The position numbers and the translations under genes were made by a program. A stretch of DNA of 64,000 nucleotides from Amoebophrya sp. A120 (Eukaryota > Protista > Dinoflagellata): NCBI GenBank assembly GCA_905178155.1, contig CAJINV010000005.1, positions 1,390,438 to 1,454,437 on the forward strand, in the 5' to 3' direction. Numbering within the stretch: the stretch's first letter is position 1; every line of letters begins with the position of its first letter. The notes beneath the pieces were generated by a model, which saw only the letters and a program-made list of their open reading frames with translations, made no database searches and was not told where the DNA came from. This document shows positions 1-13,236 of this stretch, one piece after another.

Positions 1-11
1 AGGTTACTTCG

Positions 12-773
12 TCAGTTGAAGGGGTTGGCATAAGTAGTGACGTTAGAAATGTTGCGCCCTTTTCCACCATTGTTGTTTTTGGTTCTTTTCGCAAACGGTT
101 GACCTCCATTTCCATTGAACGGACGGAGCAAATTGTTACCAAGACCTTTTTGAAAATTTTGGTTACCACCAAACTGCTGGTTCCCACCGAACTGCTGGTT
201 GCCACCCCCGTTCTTTCCCGCAAGGACGACCGGGCAGCTCTTGTTCCAGTGGGCTTCTCCGTTGCACTGCGGGCGTGGGCACTTGATGTAGCACGTGTTG
301 TTCGAGTCCGAGCAGGCCTTCAAGCCCATCTTCTTCCCCACGTGATGGTTTCCTGGACCTTTGCCGCCCATGAGGCAGTTGACACAGCTCTGGGTTTTCT
401 GCATCCACTGCGACAAAATCGCTTCGCTCTTGGCTTTCGCCGTTTCCATCGCAGCGTATGCTCCTGCGGTGGTGCGCGGTGCCTCGGTCATGATACGGTT
501 GATCTCGTTGTACAGCTGCTGATTCTTTTGCTGGATCGCGTTGTTGCCCGTGGGGTTCTGTCCCAGCTCGGGGAAGGCGTTCCTGCCGCTGCCTCCTGCG
601 ATCATCGACATGAAGCTTCCGCCCATCTGCATCATGCGCTGCATAATACTGGGCTTGCATAAATTATCGCAAGCCGCCTGTGTCATTGCACAGGCGTATT
701 CGAGGTTATAAAAAGCCTCGTCGACCGCGGACGCGACGTACTTGTCAGGCAGCCGACCCCGGGCATTCTCCAA
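12..773 (-). CDS. Gag-like zinc-knuckle protein, probably from a retroelement continuing beyond the left edge
   Basis: 253-aa ORF with CPRPQCNGEAHWNKSC (C-x4-C-x4-H-x4-C) near the C-terminus, followed by G/N/Q-rich repeats (NQQFGG). The ORF opens on TTG, so the true start is uncertain. No pol is visible in the window. Confidence 0.45.
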   Translation of the reverse strand: MENARGRLPDKYVASAVDEAFYNLEYACAMTQAACDNLCKPSIMQRMMQMGGSFMSMIAGGSGRNAFPELGQNPTGNNAIQQKNQQLYNEINRIMTEAPRTTAGAYAAMETAKAKSEAILSQWMQKTQSCVNCLMGGKGPGNHHVGKKMGLKACSDSNNTCYIKCPRPQCNGEAHWNKSCPVVLAGKNGGGNQQFGGNQQFGGNQNFQKGLGNNLLRPFNGNGGQPFAKRTKNNNGGKGRNISNVTTYANPFN

Positions 774-1138
774 GGCTTAAAACTTGCTATCTTTTTTCTA
801 ATGTTACGAAGGAAAACAAAAAAAAGAAAGTGGCGGCAATGCCGCCAAAGACAACACCCAGCCCGAAGGCCACCGGGCAGAAATCACGTTGGGCGGGACA
901 ACAAAAACGAACGGGGCCAAGAACTTCGCGGCCAAATACCGAACGCCGCTGGGCTCTTCCCATCCAGAGAGAAAATGGCCCAGAAGGGAGGCGGCCCCGA
1001 GGGGGGGTCAGGCGCGAGATGCAAGATTAGGGGTGGCGGCAATTCGCCCACACAAAAAGCCGGGAAGCCGCCCGGCAAAATGATCAACACCAACCGCCTA
1101 GCCGGAAACAGGCCGGGCGGGGCGCCTCTTGCCTCCGG

Positions 1139-1293
1139 CTAATTCCTTGCCTAAATCGATGCTAAGGCAAGCGACTAACTTCGCGCCTAATTTCCTGGCT
1201 AAATCACGGCTAATTTTTTTCATTGCAAATCCCCCCACATTCCCTATGCTGGAATTAGAAACAAATTAGACGCGAAATTAGAGCCCAAATTAG
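1139..1293. repeat. Head-to-head phased iteron array
   Basis: CTAA(w)-core motifs at 1139, 1151, 1162, 1175, 1187, 1199 and 1210, then the reverse complement AATTAG at 1253, 1264, 1276 and 1288. Spacing is 11-13 bp throughout, within a GC-rich non-coding block (~800-1740). Confidence 0.7.
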
Positions 1294-1861
1294 ACCCCCC
1301 CCCGCCCCACTTCTGCGCCCCTCGTGAACCCCGGCCGGGCGGGCCGGGGCCATTGATGTGCGGCCCGAGACAAATGGAAAACAATCGCGCTGCCTTCCTT
1401 CTGGGGCGCAAACATCGCAGGGGCGCAAACCTTGGCAACCCCGGGCCGGATGCGCCCCGGGCCCTGGAGACCCCGGGGCGGGCAATCTTCGCCAAACAAT
1501 GCTAAAAACGCAAATCCCCAGCGCCCCAGCTTCCAAAACCTGCAAAAACTACCGACGACAAAACCCGTGCCCGGACTACCTCCAGAACCCTCGGGGCCCC
1601 AGACTCGCGGGGCCACGACGAAAAGAAGCAAGGGGGGCGCCATGCCGGAACAATGTGGGGCCCACAATATTAGAAAAAAATCGGCAGCCTTTTAGGCGGC
1701 AAATTTGCGAGCCATCGGCCGGCTGATACTTCTTTTTGAGGGCGGCCGCAAAATCTTTGATGAGAAAATACCTGGCTTTTGTAATTTTTGTGATTACCTA
1801 GCGAACAATCGCATGAGAGTTATGTGGTGGTCTGCATGGATATTTGCTTGTGTGTCACGAG

Positions 1862-2695
1862 TCAGGACGAGAGCAACATGAGAGGAAATTGTCTGTACAG
1901 TTGATAATTGTAATTCAAGGACAAATTCTTCTTGGCCACGGAGTTTTTGGTCAGGGCGGCTGACTTTTTTTCGTAGAAGGTCACGGGCCACAAGAAATAT
2001 CGGGCCAGAATGATCCAATCCTCGGACGGAAACAAGTCGATCAAGGTTTGCAAGTATTGCTTGAGTTCCAACAGCGATCCCTCCGGCGGGAGAATCATCG
2101 TCTTCCACGAACACTTCGGAATCTCTTGCATGTTCGTGCTGTCGATGAAGTCCTGTGGTGATAACGATGAAGAAATTGTCATGCTGTATTTCCAAGGCAA
2201 TCATAGTCTGCTGTGCTACAAAGCAAAAAAGAGTACCTGAGCTGCTTGGTTGGTGTTGGCCAGGCACTGGCCGAACAGCTTCATCATGTACTTTCCTTGA
2301 TCTTTCTCAATCTTTTGGGAGCGGCGTATCGGCGGCCTTTTCAGAATGTCGTAGTACTTCGACTTTGTCTCTACCGACGTAGCGGCGAATTGGGCGTACC
2401 AAGGGAAAGCTGCGATGACTTGCTCCGTAACGGCTGCAGTTCCTGCTCGTTGGTCGATTCTATCTTTCACTTTTGCTGAATTCGCAACTGTCTTGGATCT
2501 GGCGCATGCTTTGCACTTGCCACACTTTGTGGACTGGTCCCAGGCTCCGAATTCGGCTATCAGGATGACACCTCCTTTGCTGGAGTAGCAGGTGGAGCAG
2601 ATGCAGTGCTTGTTCGCGCAAGCGACTTCTGTGCACCATAGCTCTCTGTCAGCGTCGACTACGCTGTCGTCGTAACAGATTACGCATCTTGACAT
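1862..2695 (-). CDS. RING-finger-like protein, 2 exons (2695-2237, 2152-1862)
   Basis: N-terminal CVIC...CANKHCICSTC...CGKC cysteine pattern. An 84-bp GT-AG intron at 2153-2236 joins two same-frame ORFs (QAAQ|DFIDST). Confidence 0.55.
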
Positions 2696-2977
2696 GATTT
2701 CGCTGTGGCTTGCACGGCGGCTTAAGCAATCTATACGCAACGGCGTGAGATACAACACAGGATCTGGATCAAACAAAAGAAACGAAAAACTCAAACCAAA
2801 GAAAACGAAAATCTCGAACACCATTGCGTTGACAGGTCAAGATGGTAGTGCCAGTAATTCGTGTTCAGAATTTTTAAAAAAGTTGAATTCGTGTTCAGAA
2901 TTGTCCTGAAAGTTAGACTGGTTCGTCTAAATCATAAAGACAAATACGTCTTGTAACGACACGAATCTGTGGGAAAA

Positions 2978-3698
2978 TTAGCTTGCGGAAGTACTCGTAG
3001 TGCTAACACTAGCATTTGTGTCTTCGAACATTTTCGCCACGTTGCGGTCCATCAGCAGGCGCACCAAACCAGTCTGCTGGATCGGGGCTGTGCCGTGGAC
3101 CCATTCCTTGAATTTGGGATTCCAAGCCTTGGCGGCCGCGAACTGCGGCGGGATCACCACCGGAATCTCCCAGAGCATTTGCTTGAATTTGGCGCAGGGT
3201 TTCGTCCCCGGCAGCACCGTCTGCACCGATTCCTGAGACAATTTGATGGGTTGTATCATGCGGTATCGTCGAGCGTCATGCAGTCATGCGTATCGCAAAA
3301 GGAAAAAAACGTACCATCAAAGTGTTCACTGTCAGGTCGTGAGACTCAGTAATTGTGCGGCGCATGGCCTCCACGGCGGCAACTGTGGTCATCGGGTCAT
3401 TATTCGCTTCGATGACCACTTTCGGACCCGCTGCTTGCATGCGCAAGGCGTGCGATTCCACAATGTTGGCCACCGACTCCAGGGTGCGGTTGCCGTATAC
3501 CAGCGCACACCACACAGGTGTGTGTAGCGAGACGTCGTTGGAGCAAGCAGACATAATGCGTTGCAACTGCGGAAGATCCGCTGCGGACAGAGAAACGACC
3601 ATCTTGTTGGACGACCAAATTCGTATTACTGTTGTCTCTGACGCACGGCAAAACTGTAAGAGCTCTAAAAGATCTTTTTTCGCTCTTGTAACAGACAT
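2978..3698 (-). CDS. Hypothetical protein, 2 exons (3698-3315, 3232-2978)
   Basis: An 82-bp GT-AG intron at 3233-3314 joins the ORFs 3276..3776 and 2978..3259 in frame (TVNTLM|ESVQTV). No family recognised. Confidence 0.45.
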
Positions 3699-4196
3699 CG
3701 TATGATCCCGGTACGCAGTACGAATGTCTAACCATGTGAACATGTGTGATGTCAAGATCAACATGTAGCATGCCATGTCTTAGCCAAGAGCCATAGAACA
3801 CATACATGCGGTAGTCTTACGCCAAGTGTGTTCGGGACACGACTTCACATGCATACTTGCTGCTACCACCAATGAGGTACTCTGTCCAACAACTGAACGA
3901 GAGGTGCTGGCACTGTCGCCAGCGACTGCCCTGTCGTGTGTGCGCAGCGGACATGCTAACGCCCAACGACATCGCAATCGACAAAACATACAAGAGAAGA
4001 AACCGGGACGACGAGAGGCGCGTCGGAGCAGCGTTTGCTGACCAAACGCGCGAAAAGGAGCTGCCACAATGCCGAAGGCAAAAGCCGAAGGGCGAACGTG
4101 AAAGTCGCTTTTCAACAAAATGTGAGTGTGGTGACCGGATGCTCACAGCCCCGGATACGAAACCGACTATAGACAACTCCCACAATTGACGATCAA

Positions 4197-7100
4197 CTAT
4201 TTCCTTACGAAAACCTTAGATCTCATAATTTTCTCCATTTCTTCCTCCACAAATTTCTTCGCTCTTTCCATACCCTCTTCCAACGCGATCTGCGCTCGTT
4301 CCTCCTCGATTCTTTTCTTCGTTTCTTCCAATTTCAGCAACCGCTCGTCCTCAATCTTTTTCCGGTCCGCCTGCATCTGCTCCAACAACGTCATGGACTT
4401 CTTCGGCTCTTCGGAAGGCTCTCGGGGCGTTTTCTTCAACTTTTCCGTATCTAACGCGGCGAAAGGATCCACCTCCGCACGAAGAGATTGCTTCCGCTCC
4501 GCTGCGTACTCCTCGATTTCCGTCAAGCGCACTCCCGATTTCACCTGTTTCGCAGCGGATTTCAAGTCGATTTGCACAGACCCCACGCCGCCCTCGTGGT
4601 ATTCCTTCAACATTTGGCCCGCAAAGTCACAGCTCGCGGCGATCTGCGCCACATCCGCGGCGGAAGCGGCGACGACGGACCGGACCCGCTCGTTGGAAGC
4701 GCTTCGCTGTTCCTCTCTGGACACCCTTCTTTGGTACCGTTCGAAATCGAGCAGTTCCTCTTTTTTCTTCCGTTCGTTTTCCTCCTTTTGGCTTCCGCGT
4801 TTGTACTTCCGGACGTCGCCGCCCTCCGCAACGTCCATGATCGCTTCTTCATCATCTGATTGGGACTCGGCCGATTTCTGGTTCTCCTCGATCAGCCCGA
4901 CCAACTGGTGCGCAACGATTTCCAGGGAATTCCACCCCTCCTTCATCATCCGCTCCGTCATGGCGGCGGTTGGGAGTTTGAACACTGCTAAGGCCTCGGC
5001 GACTTCTTCCGTTCGGTGCAAGGCTTCGATCTGGACATCCACCTTGTCCTCGACCGACTGCCAGTTTTTCGCGTCCATATTTTCCCGCCACTCCTTCATC
5101 CGCCGCTGGCTGTCTTTGTTCCGCTTGTGAATCGCTTTATCCCTGCTTGTCTTCTTCTCCTGCGCGGTTTGGAACCGGTTGATCAACGTGAACCGATTCC
5201 GCTCCTTCGCAGCGTCGGCGCGTTTTAAGAGTTCCGTTTCCTCGTCACCGCCAAAGAATTTCGAGAGAATTACACCGAGTTTTTCCATCAGAGTCAACCC
5301 AACTCTGTTCCGGATCGCTTGCAGCGGGTTTTCCTTGAAGAAGGGGTCGTTCTGGTCAAATTTGTTCGGATCGTTCTCACCTCTCCGTTCCCCCGTCTGC
5401 GAATCGGCCGACCACCTACGCGCAGCAGCAGCGGCGTCTGGATCTACTTCGGAGAGCAACGTCTGCTCCAACTGCAGTCTCTCCTTCTCTTTGGCCTTAT
5501 CCAACCTCTCCTGCTGCATGTCCAGCGCGATCTGTACGTGCCGCTCCAGAGAAAGAATGTTCAATTGCGGAAAGAAAACCTGCACCAACGGCGGTAACGT
5601 CCAGTCCTTGCGCTCCAACTCAAACATCTTCTCTAAATGCGCGTAGAACGCCGGGCCGCGGATCAATGACCGCCAGTGGGCGAGGAGGAAGAACTTGTTG
5701 AGGTTTTCCTCGTGCTTTTCCACAACTTTCATCACGTCGATGTGTGCGAGATCGACGGCCAGGCGGTACTGGGATTTTTTTTGCTGTTTTGACGACTTTA
5801 ACATCTTATTTGCTGTCGAAGATGAACCGGTGGAGGATCTTCTGCGCTTCTTACTTGATTTTTTGCTAGTACTTCTCGGGAGGAAGTCCTGCTGTTCGTC
5901 TTTTTCTGTGCTCATCTGCAAGTCTGCTTGTTCCTGCTCTTCATTTTCATTTTCACCCTTCACTGTTCCATCCGGCTCCTGCACGGCGCCCTCGAGCTGC
6001 ATGGCTTCTCCTTGTGCAGCGGCGCCGCCTTCTGTGGGAACATGAGCATCACCTGTTTCTTCCTGATCCATTTCCACTCCTTCGCCCTCGCCTTCCTCCC
6101 CCCGCTCCGCCGCCAGCTCCGCCGCAAGCATTGCCGCCTCCTCCGCCTCCGCTTGCTCCCGCATTTGCCTTTCGAAAATCTCTTCGGTTTTCCCCAAGTG
6201 CCGAACCAACCGCGCTTGCTTCTTCGCCAGCTTCACGTCCGGTTGCAGCGCTTTGCTGCTTCTTTTCGCGAATTCCTTCATTTGTTCCATGATTTCCTCC
6301 TCCGAGCTGGTGTTGGGGATCGGGGCGTTTTTCTGGATATCAGGGATCAGCAATTCTGCGTCTTCATCGTCAAACTCCGTTACATACGTTTGCGCGTTGA
6401 TGATATCCGTCAAAACCCGAGACAACTCAAATACCATCGGCGCAGCGAGTTCTTCGATTTCTTTCTCTTCTTGCGCATAGACCCATTCGCCGGTCTTCGG
6501 GTCCTTGTAAATTGGCATCTTTTGCACCTTCTTTTTCACGTTTTTCGTTTTCTGCTCCAATTTCTGGCGAAGCGCCTCCTCCTCGTTGATCGGATCTACT
6601 TTCTGATCATCATTACTAGCTCGTTCATGCTTCTTTGACTTTTTGCTTTTCGAAGTAGACTTCTGCTTTTTGCTCGCTTTTTCAACTTCTACTTCAGGAA
6701 CCGCATCGTCGTGGGAATGCTGGTGGTCCTGTTCGCCATCGTCTTCAGACGCCGGTGCGCTGGTCCTGTGCTCGTTTTCAATCAGTATCGGCTCAGCAGG
6801 TTGGTCTACTTCAGCAAGTGGTTCTTGCTCGTGCTCCTGGTCTAGAGCATCGTTGGTCGGGTACATCAACTCTGGAGGTGCGGGGGCTACAGAGAAATCA
6901 TCATTTTGTTCTTGAGGAAAATCCTGTGGGCCCCCGGCATCGACAGTAGCAAAGACCACAGCTGGTGGTGCAGGCATGCTTGACGTATCTTGTTCCACGG
7001 CAGCTGGCACGACAATGAGATCTTCATTTGGAGGTGCTACAACTTGTACTTCCGCTCCGCCAACGGGAGCAGCACCTATTTCATTTAGTGCACCATTTGC

Positions 7101-9496
7101 ACCCTCGGTTTCTTCGCCTTTCCCTTGATGTTCCACTTCATCTTGCTTCTCCTTCCCAATGGTTCCGCTCGAAGACGATCCCACTGCCGACCCACTTCTC
7201 GACGTAATCACTTCCGAGGAACTGAAAGAACTTCCACTATACGACGCGGACGAGCTACCATGGGAGCTGCTCAGCTTGTCTTCCTGTTGTGGTCTACCAT
7301 CGGGATCTTCATGATCACCTTTAACAGCACCAGTTCCGGCGGCGCTAGTAGTTGCACCTTGCTGGTGCTCGTCAGATGTTGAACCTCCTGCATGACTACC
7401 CTCCTCGCCCGATATTAAGCCAGTCGTACCCGCTGCCTCCCGATGCCTTCCCTCTCCTCCCTCCACCTCCATCGCGGAACTGCTACTCGAATCGACATCC
7501 TTATTCGCCATGATCCCCGCACCCTCCATGTTCGCAACCTTCAACACCGCCCAGATATCCAGAACCACGTTTAGCTCGACTCTAACCCTCTCGGGTACCG
7601 TTTTGTTGTCCAGCCTCAATAAAATCTCCCCTGGGAGGTCGAACATGTCCAGCAGTTTGCCAACGGTTTCGTTCCGCACCGTCCACACACCGAAAACGGA
7701 CGCCGGGATCACGATGCTCCTCATGTCTTTCGTCAAAGCGGAGCTGGCAACGGACGGCTGCTGCTGTAATTGGCTGGTCGCAACGGAACCCGTGCTCGTC
7801 GGATAATTTGCTTGATTTTTATTGTCCTTAAACACTCTTGCAAATGGCTGCAGTTGTCTGTTGATGTCCTGAAACGCCTGCTCGTCCTTGTGCTGATCCA
7901 AAAAAACGGTCAACTCCTCTCGCAACAGCCAATCTAAATCGAAAAGCTGGGCGTGGAGGTAGATCTCGTCTGGACTCTGCGCAAAAAGGTAACGGTTTGG
8001 GTCCTCTTCAGGAGGTAGTTTCTGCGATAATTTTTGATGCTGCTGCTGCGCTGGTCCAGCTGGGCTGCGTAAACCCCCGCTGCTCCCATCTACAGCTACC
8101 GCTGGCGGGCTGTTCCCGTATCCGTACTGGATTTTTGGTTTTTGCGGCGACGGGGAAGACAATGTGAATTTCCCGTCCTTAAAAACCAGTTTCGGCGGAG
8201 ACTTTTGGTCCGTGGAGGAAATTCCCTTCAAATGGCTTTTCGGGTAGCTGGACATATCTGTCGGCTTCAAAATCTGCTTGATGTTCGAATTGGTCAGCTT
8301 TATCTTATTCCCAGAAGCAGTGGTAAGGCCTGGACTTCTGCGAAGACTAGCAGGCGAACGATCTGTGCTGAGATCTCGCACTTCGTCCCTCCTTCTACTC
8401 GGCGAACCAACATCAACACTATCATCCACCCCACTCGCGGCCCCTCCCCGGCGTACTAACCCTTTCGTCGCTTTCTGATACAGCAGCACCTCCTGGTAGA
8501 TCCGGCTCCGCTGCGACACCCGCAACACCCCGCGCAGCAGCGTGCGGACCAAGATGACGAACTCGGAAAGCCGCAAAAAACCGTTCTTTCCGACGTCGAA
8601 AAGCGAAAAGAGAAATCTCGTCTTCGACAATCGGCTCATGCTCCGGGAAATCAAGATCAACACCGACAAGACCTCCAAGACGTCCACACGCAGTGTCTCC
8701 GGCGGCTGGTCGTAGACATACTCGACGGGTTTTTGATTTCGCTTCTGTCGCTTCTCAGCGAGTTCCAAATCGTCCGCCAACGCCGCGCGGCCGATGTAAT
8801 TACCCCGCCTGTTGTTCGGGGAAGTCGCCGCCACCGCCTCGTCAAAATGCGCCAGAAGCTCCTTGTTCGGGGACAACGCTTCAATTTCACCTTCTGCAGG
8901 AGATCTCGCGTTGTAACCACGTCTAATTTGAGGACCACTACTTCTTCTACCACCTGCGAGGACTCCCTGTCGTGCATCATGACCTCCATGTTGTCGCGTT
9001 CTACCCCGCCCGGGTTCGGTTTTCAAGTCCAGCCCGCTGGACCAGTGGTCGTTGGTTTGGTAGATCGGCACGCCGAAGGATTTGAAAAGCAGCGCTAGAG
9101 CGGAATACTGGTAATTGTCTCGGTCGTTGGTGTTGAAGAAGCTGTACTCCTCGTTCTTCAAAAGCGTTTCGCGAAATTCGAAGTAGTTCGCCAAAACCGG
9201 GCCTTGGTTGAAGCGATCTTTCGAAACGTCCCAACGTTGGAAGAGTTTGGCGATCTGGGGTTTCGAAAATGAAAAAATGCTTTTCTTTTTCATCAACAAG
9301 AGAAGAGGTCACATTCTAACACACGATCTTCAACATAGTTGCAGTTGGGATAGAAAAACAAGGATATTTTTTGCTTTCTTTCTACCTGATCCCCTCGCAA
9401 GGATGGTAAAAACCCGAAGTCGCCCGGGCGGAAATGTCCTTTGGCAAGTTGCTCCACATAGTGGAGGTCGGGGAGTTGGGAGAGTGAGACTCCCAT
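4197..9496 (-). CDS. Large (~1720 aa) calcineurin-B/NCS-like EF-hand protein with long low-complexity and coiled-coil regions; 2 exons (9496-9386, 9254-4197)
   Basis: Upstream exon starts MGVSLS (MGxxxS N-myristoylation consensus). A 131-bp GT-AG intron at 9255-9385 is in frame. EF-hand-like segment KTRFLFSLFDVGKNGFLRLSEF. Confidence 0.7.
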
Positions 9497-10776
9497 TTTG
9501 ATATTTGAAGGCCCAGCGGTCCTCTTGTTGGTGAGGTTTGCTCCTCCACTTCTTGGTTCCAGCACTTAGCAGTGCTTCCGTTTGTTTAGGTTTAAGCAAT
9601 AGAACAAATCCTGTGCTTGTGGTTCACTTTCCGGTGCGCCGTTGCTGCAAGAAGGATTCTCATTGCCAACATGCTGTTGCGCTTGCGGAATCTGACAATT
9701 CTTTTAGAGTGCACATAGTTCGTCAAAATAAACTAGCAGGATATCTAGTGGAATTGTGAACTCTTACAACAAAGTCAAAGGAAGAAACATGACGTAGTGC
9801 ACACGACGATTCCAAGGTGCGGTGGCGACGACAGACGAGACAGCGAGGCACGAAACGAAGACTATGAAAGAGAATGTAATGTATGGCAATACATGATAAA
9901 TACGTCAAGAGTTTTTTTCTCTCTCACCCTCCAATTACATCGATGTGCGTCCAACTACCGACTTTCAGCGATTGTCTTTCTTTGCGACGAACCAGGCGAC
10001 CACGACATGAAGATCTAAACAGATAAAAAAAACGAAAGTCCAGCATGCTCTGCAAGAAAAGATAAAAAACGGAAAACAAAAATCGAAATAGATCGACGGA
10101 TCCGCGCAGCGTCGAGAGCGATGCAGCCAGTGCTTTGATGATCTACAGACTGTATGTCTATCAATCTTACATTTGCTTCTCCAATGCCAACCTGCTTCAA
10201 AGAAACTATCAAAAAGCTCCGTGGTGTCGTTTTGGTTCTCCAACTATTGTACATGTACTAGGGCGAAGCTGCAATCCTGTGTATGACATGGCCTTGTTGT
10301 TGACGAGAGCTTCTATCGTGACAAAAAAGATACAATTTTGACAATCATCCTGGCAAATAGGATGCTGTTGTAATCAAGAAACCTAAAAAACCTCCATTCA
10401 GCTGCTACTCAACATGCTATAGCTATTGAAAATTTTCCAATCCGGTTAAGTATATAGACAAGAACGTAACAAGAGTTGAGGTGTGTCCGAGGTGGCACGC
10501 CCTGGTGTGATACTAATGTTCAAAAGTTTTAATCAAGTTCTTTCATGATTCGTAATCATAAACCTCACAACGACCATAATTTTCCTCGAGTTAGTTTGCA
10601 AAACTAACAGGGTTGTGACAGTATTGTGACAAAAAAGAAAAAACAAATTCAAAGTTGCTATACAAATGATGAAAGTTGGGAATTTCTTGTTCTAGTACAG
10701 GGACATAATTTTTTCTTCGACAATGAATACGAAATGCTGTTCAACAGGATGAGGATCGCTGCATGATCGACCCCCC

Positions 10777-13236
10777 TCACGACCTCGTAAACTTATTCGC
10801 CATGTCCATCACGAACGAGGGATGCTTTTCCATGCGCCGGCACAGGTTCGCGAAGGTGTCGCACTTGTTCAAAATTTCTTTCTTCAGCTCGGGATCGTCC
10901 TTGGGCATCCTGTACGGCTTATCCGCCTTTTTCTTCGCCATCTGGTAAGCGGTGCATTCGATCATCTGCGTGTTACGGACCTTCAAGACCCGGAAATCCG
11001 GGCGGGCCAGGATGGCGACGGCTGAGTTATGGCAATTTGTTTCATCATGCTATACAGTCTTGAGCATCTTTGTCATGCGTCAAGATGGAGATGGTGATGG
11101 ACCTCGTGCTCGTCCCAGGCAGGAAGACAATGCATTTTTGAAAAAAAACTACTTATTTTCGATACCGGCCTTCGGCAGCTCGTTATGAACCGCGTGCATG
11201 AGACTCGTGTAATTCCCCGGGGAAATGTTGTTTACTTCGACAAAGTCCTCGCGACTGCAGATGTAACTCGCGACGTCGTCCAGTTTGTTGATGCACGCGA
11301 TGTCCAAAGCGGTCAACGCGCCGTCCGGAACGATGGAGCCCTCCAGCTTCTTCAACTCACTCACGTCCGTCCTTGGCTGAAAATTCGGGTCCTTCTTGAA
11401 ATGCGCCTCCGCGGTATTGATTCCACCAAAGTCCGCACGCTCGAGAACCGCAATTGCAACGGATTCCATCTTCGCGCGGGAGGCAGCCTGTATAGGGTGT
11501 TGTGGAGGAACTACACGAGCATATATCTGTAGTCAACATGCACGCAGGCAAACAGCAACAAGAGCGGAATGCGGATCTGTCATGCTACACCGCCAAAAAA
11601 ACGCACCACTGTAATACCATAAGGGCAGTCTCCATGTTCGGCGAGTGATTCAAAGTTTCCCTTCGAAATCGCACGGTATCCTCCAAAACCGCTAAACAAG
11701 CGTTTTCCCGGCCCCGCTTTATCAGTTTGTGCAGGACACTGGCTTTCGGAACCTGCGAGATTTCACAAGGAGTAAGCCGGTTCAATTCTGGCTCGCCGAC
11801 GTTTTGGTAAAGGTAGATCCTGCAGTCCTCCAGGTCATCCAGCGTGAACAGGTCATCGTGGGGACCAAATTGCTTCGTTTTTCTCGTCACAGTGACCTTG
11901 AAGTCGCACCTGTTTGAGGTTTGACGAATGACGTACAACAACTTAGTTAGTTTACTAATTACTGGAGTACTACTAGTTCCATCATGGGAAACGATGTCCT
12001 CAGATTGACAAAATTGAAAACTCAAGAATGAGCCACAAAATAACTTGTATACTCGCTCAGGTGCTGTCCGTCGTTATGGAGCTCAATTGTCGGATTGCTA
12101 GTTGGTGAAACCCGGATGCAGGCCATCGGTATTGCGACTTGATTCAGGGTCAGATCTGTTTTTACAGGAGGTAAATCATTTCTTCTCATTCTTTGATGCA
12201 CATGACATGCATTTGGATTGCAATTACAATTGCATCAATGTTGATTATTCGGAATGCAGCGAACGGCTGGAGCCTGCTCCTGAAACCCACACCACGACAT
12301 CGAAACAACTTCAACTACGACTCTTACTTGTATGCCCGAGGAAATTTGCTTGTGCGGTGAAGGTTTCTCTTCTCCTGATGTTTTGGAAAAACTTATCGCC
12401 GTAGGCTGCGAAGAATTCCTTCAACCCGCCCACAGTCGGATCGTCTAAGGTGATTTTTGCCACTTCCCCGCTTGGTACGGTAATGTGGACGACCGGCGCT
12501 TCAGGGGAGGGGATGTTGGTACCTATTTTGTAAAGGGGGAATTGCAATACTAGAAAGCTCCACATGTAGTAGTTGCACACACTTTGTGATACAAATGCTA
12601 GTTGTGCAGAATGGTGATGCCTGTGCCAACAAAACCATCTTTATTACCGCCAATCCCCGGCTCTGCCGCTCTGAGCAGGGTCTGGTTTTTCAGTGTTCTG
12701 TTCTTTGCTGCCCCGGTATTTGTGTTGTGCGTGTTGCTCGCGTTTGCGACAAACCCAAATCTCTGCTTCGTGGCTTTTATCTCCCGTGACAGCGCCCGGT
12801 CTTTCGAGGTAATCGTGGCGTCGTAGTTGTTCGCGTTCAAAATGCGACTTCGCTGCGGGCTCTGCGGGTCACGATCACCGACGAAATAGGAGTTCACTTC
12901 GTTCGTGTCACCGAGGGAACCAACTTCTTCATACCTGAGAAACGAGGCGCTTTATAAATATGTTGTTTTTCTTTTTGTGGCGTGCAGCAGAAGCACTCAC
13001 ATCATTCTCATGCATTTTGCAAGCGCAAGCCGTCATGCTGAGCATCTTATCGACAAAATAATACGCGAACTGTACCCGCCAACGGTGATTGGATTTGTCG
13101 TATCTACGGGTTCTGGCACTCTTGGCCCGCAGTAAAGCTGCGAGTGGGATTGCAAGTGACCCAGATGTCTCTTCGTCTGGTATCCCATGCTGGACCCAGC
13201 ATTTCTTGACCGCGACCCGGCACTAGGGGAGAACAT
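10777..13236 (-). CDS. Multi-exon protein (~7 exons) with a ubiquitin-like segment and ankyrin-like repeats
   Basis: Exons join through introns at ~12935-13075, ~12523-12646, ~12157-12330/12395 (donor ambiguous), ~11910-12051, ~11488-11617 and ~11022-11165. Ankyrin-like units: ETALM|AASRAKMESVAIAVL, LTALDIACINKLDDVASYI, YTSLMHAVHNELPKAAVAIL. Confidence 0.55.

Noticed and set aside
4186-9100. Many plus-strand ORFs here and over the other long genes
   Set aside because: Antisense shadows of long minus-strand coding regions, with no recognisable domains.
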